Source of the DNA: Mytilus edulis
Taxonomy: Eukaryota
Length of the DNA: 64,000 bases
Assembly (NCBI RefSeq): GCF_963676685.1
Contig: NC_092349.1
Location: forward strand, 27,280,001-27,344,000
Reading direction: 5' to 3'
Part shown: in pieces, positions 51,501 to 62,531 of the stretch
How the letters are laid out: every line of letters begins with the position of its first letter
How positions within the stretch are numbered: position 1 is the first letter of the stretch
The notes under the pieces: generated by a model
The model's input: the letters and a program-made list of their open reading frames with translations, nothing else
What the model was told of the DNA's origin: nothing
Database searches by the model: none
Made by a program: the position numbers and the translations under genes

Positions 51501-54500
51501 TGAAAACAGGTGTTACATTTGCGTGGTTCCAATCGTGAGGTACTTTTCCTGTTTGCATTGATTTTGTAAAAATTAGAGTGAGTATGTCTGTGCATGTGTT
51601 GATGTTTTCTTTAAGCACTATTCCAGTGATGTTATCAGGTCCTGTTGCCTTTTTTGGGTTTATATTTTTAATTAATTTATAGATGCCTTCTCTGTTGATG
51701 TCTATGTCGTCCATTATTGGATGTGTTGATGGACCTTTGTCAGGGATAACTGTATTGGTCTCAGATGTAAAAGCTGATTTAAATTGTTCATTTAATATGT
51801 TAGCTTTTTTTCAAGGGATCTGTATGAAGTAAACCTTCACTCCTAAGAGGTGCAATACCAGTGTTTTCATTGTTTTGGCCTTTTATGTATGAAAAGAGTT
51901 TTTTAGGTTGTTTGTTAAATCTCGAATTTTCAGGCTCTTGTATTTCAATGTCAAAAATCATGTTTTCGATATAATTCCAATAGGCATTTCTCATCTCTTT
52001 CTGTAATTGTGTTTTAATTTGTTTAAATTTTTTAGTATGTTTGCTATCATGTTTTTTCTTTTTATAAAATTTGTTTTTCTTATTTATCAGTTTTTTCAAT
52101 TTTGAGTCTATCCATGGTAGGTGGGTTTTATTTCCTATTAGCTTAGTTGGTATATGCTTTTGGATACTTTCTGTTGTTTTTGTTTTAAAGAAATTCCACA
52201 TATTGTCTATATCAAGTTCTAATTTGTGTTTTTCCATATGTGTGTATGTTTCTTTTAAGTCTTTTCCAATTTTTTCCCAGTCTGCTTTCTTGTAAATTAA
52301 TACTTTGTGTGGTGACTGTTTGGCTTTCGAAAGGGAAAGATTTATTTCACTGAAGATAATGTCATGGTCACCTAGTGGTGGTAATGTTTCTACTCTGTTT
52401 AGTAGGGATGGATTTGACATGCACAGTAGATCAAGTGTGCGTTCATTTCTTGTTGGTTTGTCAACTACCTGTGTGAGATTATGATCTTGTAATATATCTA
52501 AAAGGTGTTGATGAAGAGAAGGATCTGGTTTGCTAGGTATTACTGATGAATTTGACCAGTCAATATTGCCTAAATTGAAATCGCCACTGAGCATGATATT
52601 TGCACTGGATATGTTGCATATCCTATTTAGTGAGGTACCTAGGTGTTCTAGTGATTCCCCTTTGTCTGATGGTGGTCTATAATATGCTCCAAGATAGGTG
52701 GTTTTATTTCCCGTTGGAGTTATTTTTGCCCATATTAATTCGCAATCTGTGTCTAATTCAGGCACATGTGATGTAATAAGTGTGTTTGTGATTGCGAGTA
52801 GCACACCTCCATAGCCATCTTTCCTGTTTTTGGTGTAGATGGTGTATTTGGATGGAGAAATGTATTCATATGCTGATGTGTCATTTGAAAGCCAGGTTTC
52901 AGTACCAAATATAACATCAGGTTTGCATGAGTCTATCATCTCATCAATTTCTGGCTTTTTGTTTTTCATTGATTGAAAATTAATAGTGAGTACACGGAGA
53001 GGTGGAACTGTACTTTGTTTCTTATTCTGTTTAAATGGTTTTGATTTTTGTTTGAGTATTGGTGATGATGTATGAGTTGGTGTTCCAATGTGATCTAAGC
53101 TACATGTATTATCATCTGTGCTCAAGTCTGCATAGCTATTTGATGTTTCAATAGTGGTGTTAAAAAATGTGGTAGAAAAGTTTGGCATGCCACATTTAAT
53201 GCATTCCCAAGAGATGTTGCTATTATTTAGGATTTTATACATGTGCTGATCAATACCTTCACATTTGATGTGATACCATTCATCACATGTGTCACAGCAG
53301 ACTGCTTTTTGTCTCCATGTGACTGCTTTAGAACAGGAACCGCAGGGGTATTTTGTAGGACCTGGGTTTGGCTCAGGCGCATAAGAATTGACTAAGAGGA
53401 GGCTACATAGGTAAGTTAGAACTAATTTATTATGTTTTATTTCTCTGCCTCTCCTGATACTGATGTTTATTGAGAGGGTAGATATGTTTGACTTACTTGG
53501 TTCTTGACTAGTGATTGACCAAGAGTTGTCTGGAGAACTGCTGTTATAGTGCAGACTACTTTGTCTTGACAGATCAGTGATGTAATTGACAGTAGTGCTA
53601 AGGTTCAGTACTTTTGCTGTTAGAGTCGTCACAGCTATAGTAATAAGTACTGTGTTTATGATTTGCATTTTGTTTTTGTTGATACTAATTTTTTAATGGT
53701 CTGTGCACGAACTGAGATGGTGCCGAAGTGCAGAGAAAATATATAGTAGGATTGTTAAATAAATGTAACACAAGTTAGTCTTCGTCCCTTGGGCAACTCA
53801 AGGGTACTGGGTATTACTTACTCAAAGTTCAGCCATGTTAGTAGAACAATAGAAAAGTCTTGAGACAGGATAGTAAATGTGATGTTTGTTTACTTCCGGT
53901 ATATTTGTTTGGTCATGTGACTGATATTGGCGGTAGTTACTGTCAATTTCAATGAAATGTCTAAATTGTGATTTTTGACTTTTTTGAAAAATGTTGAATG
54001 AAAAATGTTATCTCTATAGTAATAAGCTGGGAATAAACATCTTCGCTAGCCAAGGGTTATCCGAATGGCAAGATGGACATCTTATCTACGTTTTCAGGTT
54101 GTTTGTATCACTAGTCTCATTGAGACAATGTTTATTCTGTTTTAAAATCTTGCTTTCTACATAATTTCTATCGTCTCATACTTCACGACACACGCTTTTG
54201 GACTTCAAACCTGCAAACCGGAAGTGAATGCCGGTTTTTCATAAAAATGCGAGCTTTGTATTTGAATAGGAACTCGTTTTGTAGATAAGGGTAGCCCACT
54301 TTACTCACCACGAAACAAGAATGATTTTACTATGTTTTTGTCCATTTTCTGTGGTGTAGTTGTAATCATATAAAACGTATCTTGGTTCTTTCGGCGGCAG
54401 AATTTTCTTTAGTTCTTCAAAGGGTAAGGTTCCGGCTTCAAATTCATGTTCGGCCACTATTTGCCTCTTCTCTTCTTTATTTATTAACAGTACTAGAGCA

Positions 54501-54580
54501 TCTAATAAATGCTTTGTTTTCAGTTTGGTGTCGTATGTTTTTACAACGCCATCACACAGACCAACTCCTGACATAGCCAT
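42596..54580 (-). CDS. ADF/cofilin family actin-depolymerising factor (142 aa; exons 54580-54309, 42752-42596)
   Basis: MAMSGV...[15 protein letters not shown]...KIILVSW|[24 protein letters not shown]...EVQANDL. The phase-2 GT-AG intron splits the W codon. ADF-H signature. Specific ortholog not assigned. Confidence 0.93.
42826..43026. mobile_element. Degenerate TTAA-flanked (Kolobok-like) MITE
   Basis: ttaa|ggggtagacct ... aggtctacagctcc|ttaa. Confidence 0.5.
43503..45814 (-). mobile_element. HINE-type element with four ~503-bp tandem cores
   Basis: Same termini as 25533-26311. The core marker ttgactataaagggc is at 43746, 44248, 44751 and 45255. Confidence 0.85.
46878..49122. mobile_element. 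Non-autonomous TIR element, CAG termini, 6-bp TSD (hAT6-like)
   Basis: Perfect 16-bp TIR CAGAGCTCCAGATAAG / CTTATCTGGAGCTCTG, ATTTAA on both flanks, and AACCCAAT subterminal repeats. Confidence 0.85.
47524..48505 (-). mobile_element. HINE-type element with 168-bp tandem cores nested in the TIR element
   Basis: Core period 168 (47602, 47770, 47938, 48106, 48274), (GACT/GACG) microsatellite, and terminal hairpin tataccccc...ggggtata. Confidence 0.85.
49385..49822. mobile_element. MITE, CAGGTT termini, 5-bp TSD
   Basis: ~45-bp imperfect TIR CAGGTTGGGGACAACCC.. / ..GGGTTGTGCCCAACCTG, with TTACA on both flanks. Confidence 0.8.
49957..53880 (-). mobile_element. Near-intact non-LTR retrotransposon (likely RTE-X-type): leader, 2A-like motif, PHD, APE endonuclease, RT
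   Basis: ORFs 53668-51800 and 51714-50164 join with one base removed at an A7 run (51805-51811). Motifs: PHD C4HC3; APE GTETW, YRPP, GDFN, DH; RT NYRPISL, QHGFR, DFAKAFD, GVPQG, FADD. Short (GAA)n tail at about 49957. The 5' boundary is approximate. Confidence 0.92.
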
Positions 54581-55026
54581 CTTGAAAGAAAAAGAAAATA
54601 TAACTAGTTCCGGTTTGATAGGACAGGTGAACCCATGTAGGATCGAAATCGAGACGAAATGTATGGCATACAAACGCTGCTTTTATATATTTGTTTATTT
54701 TAATAAGACTTTCATTAAACCTGAAGTTAATTTAAAAAATATATATCAGACTACAAAGAAAAGATATTGATAAGTATTTATGCATAACATTTTGGTCGAT
54801 CGATTCCGATCCTGAAAGTTATGTGACATCATTAGGGGTGGGTTTTCGAAAAGTGTGCATGGCTATATATGGACATGTGAGTCACATGTGAGATCTAAGA
54901 GAAAAAAATGTCCTTTTGAGGCTAATAAAACGAGACCAAATTTTCATTCTATAATGTAAGGTTTTATTTCTATTGAAGGCTAGAATTAAGGGTGAAAATA
55001 AAAATATGAAAAACTTATGAACTTAC

Positions 55027-55140
55027 CTTTCTTGTGCATTATTTCTTGTCAGTTTGTGTGTTTTTACTTATTTAAAATTGTAGTATATATTTAGCTCTGT
55101 GTGCTCGAGTCCTTTTTGCACTAAGCATGTATATATAGAT
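55027..55140 (-). promoter_or_regulatory. Putative cofilin promoter and 5' exon
   Basis: AAG|GTAAGT donor at 55027/55026 and TATA-like tatatata near 55130. The cofilin ATG directly follows a strong polypyrimidine-AG acceptor. Confidence 0.5.
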
Positions 55141-56054
55141 AAATGTATTTTTTAACTTATTTATTTAAGTAAACCTTTGGAGTCTAGACAGAAAACATTT
55201 TCTAATTTGAATCTAAGAAGTAGACGCATTTTTTGGGGGGGGGGGGGGGGGGGGGGGGGTTACAGAACAACTGTTTATGTATGTATAATTACTAAATTTT
55301 TTCGTACATCATCCGCAATCTTTTATTTTTTTGCGGAAATCCTCAGTAAATTAGAAATTATTTCAACCTCAAGACTGACTTTGTAAAGGAGACATGGGCA
55401 TGATGGGAGACTAAGTCTTATTTATCAATTAAAGATTTGAATATAAGAAGAGCTATGTGTAAAATGAGAAGAATAAGTGCTCATGATCTTAGAATTGACA
55501 AAGATAGATAGTAAAAATACATAGAGAAAACTCAACGTCTATGTCATCACTGATTATCCCATGGATCAAACTCTATTAAAGCCGAGACCTTTATATAATG
55601 AACAGGGGAATTTATTATTTGATAAAGTTAACTTAATACTTTTTGTACTAATTTTAAAGAACTACCTAAGGATAAGAAATATTTCTGGTTGTTCACAAAT
55701 GAGCATTTACCGACTCTCATATGTGCCTAGGAAATTACATTATTAAAGGTTTAGAAATAAGATCCAGATGTAAACAAAATTATAATTATATGAAATAATA
55801 TTTTATTATTTAGATTTATTACATTGGTTGCAATGAATTACATTGATTTCCCAGTTAGATAAAAACTGATAATTTCACATGTGAAATTAACGTGGTTATT
55901 TCACTCTCTGACGTCATACAACAATAGGCGTTGTCAAGACGTCGATAACGTCGGATCAAAACAAATTGTCAATGCGTAGGAAAAAGATATAGTTCCTTAC
56001 ATTTTCTACATTAATTTCATAAAAAAAAAGCCATTTGCCAATGTAATAAAAAGA

Positions 56055-56182
56055 ATAACTAATCGCCGTATTTGAATATCAAAAATAAGACAACGCGTGA
56101 CCGAACGACGCATGGATTAAACGAGTGCTCGTTCGGTCACGCGTTGTCTTATTTTTGATATTCAAATACGGCGATTAGTTAT
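56055..56182. repeat. Perfect 54-bp-arm inverted repeat with 20-bp spacer
   Basis: 56055-56108 is the exact reverse complement of 56129-56182. Confidence 0.95.
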
Positions 56183-57899
56183 ACTATAATAAATATAATA
56201 GTTATATAAGACACATGTTGTCATGGTTGTGTTAGGCTCTGATCCTGTCCATAACGTTATAGTATATGGTATTAGTTTTCTGTTTTGCTTTTTCCAATCA
56301 TACTGTCATAATATTGTTGTAAAATGATGCCCTTTATGGGTTCTTGATTAGATTAATAAAATTCTTATCTTATCTTATAGGTACTTCAATTACAAAGTTT
56401 GATTTTTCAACAGTTTCTTCGAATCCGAATCATAAGTTTGAAATGTCCGCTACGGCAAAAAAGCAATGGATTGTACAAGGAATTGAAAGAGCCTTCTTTG
56501 ATTTTTTTTCTGTCTCAATATTGATTTAAAATGCTGTTAAATGATCCAAACCGGAATTACTAATAAGCTACCACATTTGAGTCTTTGTTACCAATCCAAA
56601 GTTAAAGATGACCAACATCCGGTTGAACAAAGTTTCACGCCTTTAATTATAGATCTTTTTATGACAGACTAAATGTTTGATCAATACTAATATTCACTAT
56701 GACATAGATCAGTAGTGGATCCAGGGGGAAAGGGGTGTTCCCGTGTTGGGACCCCCTTTTTTTTCAATGCATTTGAATGGGGACATACCCCACCCCCTGT
56801 AGATACTTCTAAAAAAATCATCTCTCGTTTTTTGTCGCAGTCATCTTGAATTTTTCGCGCAAAGCGGAAACTTTTTTTAGTTTTTCAACGCTTCCAATCA
56901 AATTATTTTTTTCAATATTTAACACTCTAAGCTTAAGATATGGGTGAAATATGGATTATCCCCCATCCCATCATGATATTGTTTATACCCCCCCCCCCCT
57001 CTTGAATTAACATGGTTGTTCACTACGAAACAAAAGTATGCATGCAATATATTTGTTTGAAATTCTTATATGCCACGCGGGCCGTTATAAATCATGTATT
57101 GAAAACACAACCATATAAGAATGACATAAAAAAAGACTTTCGTCAGAACAATTCAGGTAGGGGCACCACCATTCATAAACTTGCTGAAGAAAACACTTCA
57201 TAAAACATACTAACAATAAAAAGAATTACTGAGCCCCGGATACTAATAATTTCACATTGAATTGTGTCCACACTTGTTTGGAATACATGTACATTTTAAT
57301 TTGATTCCGCTCAATAATACTTAAATAATATCAGATTTTTTTACCTTAATGTTCAGTTACACGAAAAGCTCCTTTAATATATCAATCTACTGAAGTTTTA
57401 TCCAATTTATAGCAACCATTTTGCTTTCTATTATTTTTGGTCACGGTTTTGCTTTTTCCATATATGGGTAAATGGATCTTCTTGTTGGTACCTATATTTT
57501 AGGCAATACCTATTTTTTAACAGATGTTTTAAGTAGGAATTTCTCTTTACCTGTATTCTATTTTAATACGACTGACATCATTGCATATATATCATTGTAT
57601 GTAAACAAAGATGTATCATATAATTGTTTTATCTTCGTCGTTTGAACTCTGGTCTCATTATTCTCCTTAATTTTATAATGTTAGTCAGTAAATCATTTTA
57701 ATAAATTTATGATTCCTTAAATGGATATTGTAGATCTCTACCCAATATTTGGAAAAGTTTCTTCATAATCTATAGTCAGTGTGAAGATACAGAACACAAG
57801 TATAAGCTGTTTTAAAAAGCTAGCAGTCTCATTTCTGATGAAAGTGGAAACTGTTTTCTCTTTGTTAAATCTGTTCGGAATAGCCTTTTATATATGTAT

Positions 57900-59305
57900 A
57901 ACCAACATTAATCAAGGAATTATTCCGAAAGGATTAGTTTTAAAAGCCTCCCCACTTACAACAGGAGAAAAGTCAAACAGATTTTTACATAGATGGAATA
58001 ACATTCTATACAACAGTTCTTTTACTCTGATGAACCCTTTACGCCAAGAAGCATTTCATCAAGTAAATTATTTATATAAACTACGTGATAATTTGCACTG
58101 CCGATCTCGTGAACAATCGTCTGATCCTGAACTTGACGAAATCCAAGTACGTCTTGGTGATATCAAACGTACTGAATCACATAAGCTCCACGTCAAACAG
58201 ATTAACAAATTTAAACGTGATGGTGTGCAAATTAACCACTCTTTAATCAGACCCTCTAAAAAATCAAATAAACAGCCTCGAAATCGTAGATTTCAAAGAA
58301 AAATTCGAGTTCAGACCAATCCCAACAACACGGTTGTCAATTTATCCACAGTCTCTTTATCTGAGGACGAAACTAAAGTCTTGTCTAAGGGTTTGAATTT
58401 TTGCCCTACTCCCAGTAACATAGATAATATGAAACTGGAAGATGACCTTGATAACCTTGCCAGAACCTCAGGATCAAAGAATATTTTGATAACAATGGTA
58501 AAGAGGTGGATAATGAGGAAGACTCAGACACGTCAGAAAGAAATCAGAATTCCACATTTTATAAAAGAAGAGTTGATGGATTCGGACACCTAGTAAATCT
58601 GCTACACTTCAAGATGTTATCGACAAAATCAAATCGGATGTTGTTCATCTAGCTAGCAACACGTACTCGTCATTTTATAACACCTCTCCGGACGAGAAAA
58701 AAGCCATACAATCGCTGAGAAACCGAGATGATATTGTGATAAAACCAGCAGACAAGGGCAGTGCCGTTGTGATTATGGACAAAGCTAACTACATGACGAC
58801 ATAGCGGATCAGCGCTCGCAGTGTGTCAGCTCTCTGATGAGATATTTTATTAGAAGCTAGACTGACCCTACCTTTGAGTTTAGTTCCAAAATTAACACTG
58901 CGTTACAAACCATGTACGATGACGGTCACATAGATGAGGATACAATTGGTTATTTAAAACCAGAGAATGCCAAGCCTGGTCGATTGTATCTTCTTCCAAA
59001 ATAAACAAGGTTAACAACCCTGGTAGACCCATTGTATCCGCAAACGGCCATCCGACTGAGAAAATCTCGGAATTCGTCGATTTTCATTTAAGATCTCATG
59101 TAGAAAATCTTCCTTCCCACATTCAAGACACCATAGCTAGATTATCTTCGTAAAATGGAATCCATGAACCCTCTTCCTCCGGAAACCCTTCTTGTCACTT
59201 TAGATGACACATCATTGTATACCAACATACCTCATGATGACGGCATACAATCTTGTAGGCAAATATGGGACTCGCGCAACATTTTAGAACCACCTACTGA
59301 ATGTA
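57900..59305 (+). mobile_element. Penelope-like retroelement, frameshifted and 3'-truncated
   Basis: IIPKGL, VVNLS..LS..E..VLSKGLNFCPTP, IVIKPADKGSAVVIMDK, PGRPIVS, LVTLDDTSLYTNIP. Starts next to a TA tract. Confidence 0.9.
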
Positions 59306-60818
59306 TTTTGTATTGTGTATTTTGGGAAGAAGATACAATCGACCAGGCTTGGCATTCTCTGGTTTTAAATAACCAATTGTATCCTTATCTATGTGACAGT
59401 CATCGTACATGGTTTGTAACGCAGTGTTAATTTTGGAACTAAACTCTTAAGAAGGGTCATAGTCTAGCTTCTTATAAAATCTCTCATCATATGACGTACT
59501 GCTTCCGCGATGTAGTTAGGGAACAGTCATTATTTATCAGCTGAGGGGGTCGGTGCATTCTAGGGGGGGGGGGGGGGGGGTCATTGGCAAAAATATCATA
59601 CCACTGGGGGGTTACCATCAGACAACATTTTTTTTATGGGGGGGGGGGTCACACAATTAAAGTTTTTATGTTTGACTAGTATATAAATTGTTGAGGATAT
59701 TGAAGTGAGTGAGCAATCTGTGAAATAAGGTCTGTCATTATTAAATCTTTGATAGTGTAAAGCACCAGCAGGATGCCTAATCTCTCAAGGTAGTGAATCT
59801 GATCACTCCTTTATCATCTGTTATGGTTTATTATCAATAGGATGTGTAAATTTACAATCAAAAGTTTAAGAACTGTATGAAACATTTTTACCTAGTTTTG
59901 ACCACTGGAAACAATGAGTTGAAAAGTTTCTGAACATGCATATTCAACTTTAAAATTTTCTATTGTGTTTAAATCATTTTTCAACCATTTTTGAGAAAGA
60001 AGGTGTGTGTATTCTTAAATCATTTGGTATATATATTCTTAAATCATTTGGTATATATTCTTTCATTTGGTATATATTCTTAAATCATTTGGTAATTAAT
60101 AATCGATATATTGTTATGCCTTTTTTTTATGTGTATGGCTCTGATCTGGCTGCGGTTTAAAATCTAAGAATTTACATAGTTAAATTCATAGTCATGATTT
60201 ATGTCAACATTATTGTAACAATTATAAAAATCATTGTAATAAATTACTTTGCTCTTCATGGGCCCTTCAATTGGAATACAAAAATATCTTATAATTATTT
60301 TATGAAATTATTATTATTGCACTTTTTTCTCATTTCTTTATATTTTATAACCCCTAATATTCTCTATTCTTTATTTTTTTTCTATTTTTTCTATTCTTTA
60401 TTTTTTTCCATTATCTGTTAATTTGACCCTTTCTTCCTTATTCCTTAAACCCTTTCAAGACCCTCATAAGAATACTTAATTGGCACCATGGCATTCATAC
60501 ATACAAAACAATACACTTTATGAATTTGAAAAACATTTCCACCTGAAATAAAATTAGTGATATTTGCAATGTGTTATTCCAGTTCCACTTTCTATATTGG
60601 GATCCTGATTTTTTTCCTTTATACCTAAGTAAATTAAGGCATAAAGGTAAAAAAGAATTCAGAGACAAATGCCTATGATTGGGATTGCAATACAAATAAC
60701 TATATAATGAGAAAAATTAAAATCCAAGAAAAGTTTCCTTTTTTTTTTAAATATTTTTTCTTTTTTGATTTACAAATAATTCTGTGATAGCAAATGTACA
60801 TTTATTCATTAAGAGAAT

Positions 60819-62051
60819 AACAAGAGTGCACACACTGAAATGTCTCGCCTTCTTTACTAATCATTGATAGTATGTTGATAGTCCTAAATATAAAACTTTA
60901 TTACAACTGTCACATAAACTTCACATTAACCAAGAAAGCCAAACATTGACCAATAAACCATGAAATTAAGGTCAAGGTCAGATGAACCATTTCAGAAAGA
61001 CATGTACAGCTAACAATTTTTTCATACAACAAATATAGTTGACCATCTGCTTATAGTTTAAGAAAAACAGACTAAAACATTAAAACTTAACACTGAGCAA
61101 TGAACCGTGAAAATGAGGTCAAGGTCAAATAAAACCTGCACAACTAATATATAGATCATAAAATATTCCCATACACCAAATATAGTTAACATATTGCATA
61201 TAAATGTAGTATTAGAAAAAAGACCAAAACTCAAAAATTTAACTTTAACCACTGAACCATGAAAATGAGGTCAAGGTCAGTCGACACCTGCCAGCTAGAC
61301 ATGTACACCTTACAATCCTTCCATACACCAAATATAGTAGACCTATTGCATATAGTATAAGAAAAACAGACCAAAACACAAAAACTTAACAATAACCACT
61401 GAACCATGAAAATGAGGTCAAGGTCAGATGACACCTGCCAGATAGACATGTACACCTTACAATCCTTCCATACACCAAATATAGAAGACCTATTGCATAT
61501 AGTATAAGAAAAACAGACCAAAACACAAAAACTTAACAATAACCACTGAACCATGAAAATGAGGTCAAGGTCAGATGACACCTGCCGGTTGGACATGTAC
61601 ACCTTACAGTCCTTCCATACACCGAATATACAAGACCTATAGCTTATAGTATCTGAGATATGGACTTGACCACCAAAACTTAACCTTGTTCACTGATCCA
61701 TGAAATGAGGTCGAGGTCAATTGAAATTGTCTGACGGGCATGAGGACCTTGCAATGTACACACATACCAAATATAGTTATCCTATTACTTATAATAAGAG
61801 AGAATTTAACATTACAAAAAATTTTAACTTTTTTTTCAAGTAGTCACTGAACCATGAAAATGAGGTCAAGGACATTGGACATGTGACTGACAGAAACTTC
61901 GTAACATGACGCATGTATATAGAAAGTATGAAGCATCCAGGACTTCCACCTTCTAAAATATAAAGTTTTTAAGAAGTTAGCTAACACCGCCGCCGCCGTA
62001 TCACTATCCCTATGTCGAGCTTTCTGCAACAAAAGTTGCAGGCTCGACAAA
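60819..62051 (-). mobile_element. Complete HINE-type element (~148-bp cores)
   Basis: Same termini and cores as 38581-39691. Confidence 0.85.
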
Positions 62052-62531
62052 AATCATTATTGAAAGTTTATCTATACAAAATTTGTAGAATTATTTGTTG
62101 TAGGAAACTAAATTGGATTAAAGAATTTTTGTATTTATTTTCTTTTTTCGTCATCCCATTTATTTTAATTAGCACATGCTCATGTATATAAACATATTTG
62201 GCAAAAAGCGCCTTTGATAGCTTTACTTTTTAAAGATTAGCATTTTCAAAGTTTATAGGGACAACAATACATGTATGTAAAGACTATGGCTTCATTTTGT
62301 ACATGGATGTTCAAGTTAAATAAAAATACATTTTGTTTCTCATTTAAATGCTTATTTTGTCAATTCTCAAGTCCTACATACACATGTCATATTTTCTTAT
62401 AGTCATCACCTTCTCACAACGGTTAATTAATTGGAATTTTTTTTTCGAGGGGGGGGGGGGTAAAATTTTCAAACTCTGTTCTAAGGGGGGGGTCATTATG
62501 TGGTTTTTAAGAATGATGGAGGGGGGTTGCC

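Noticed and set aside
51805-51811. Programmed ribosomal frameshift in the LINE
   Set aside because: It would need a +1 shift between APE and RT, which are normally one ORF. A homopolymer indel is the simpler explanation.
55235-55259. Poly-G tracts as functional G-quadruplexes (also 26729, 59563, 62448)
   Set aside because: Common homopolymers, mostly within repeats, with no specific evidence of function.
57781-57900. N-terminal part of the 270-aa ORF as a host-TE fusion protein
   Set aside because: It starts at GTG in flanking DNA. Penelope similarity begins only after the TA tract, and the downstream element is frameshifted.
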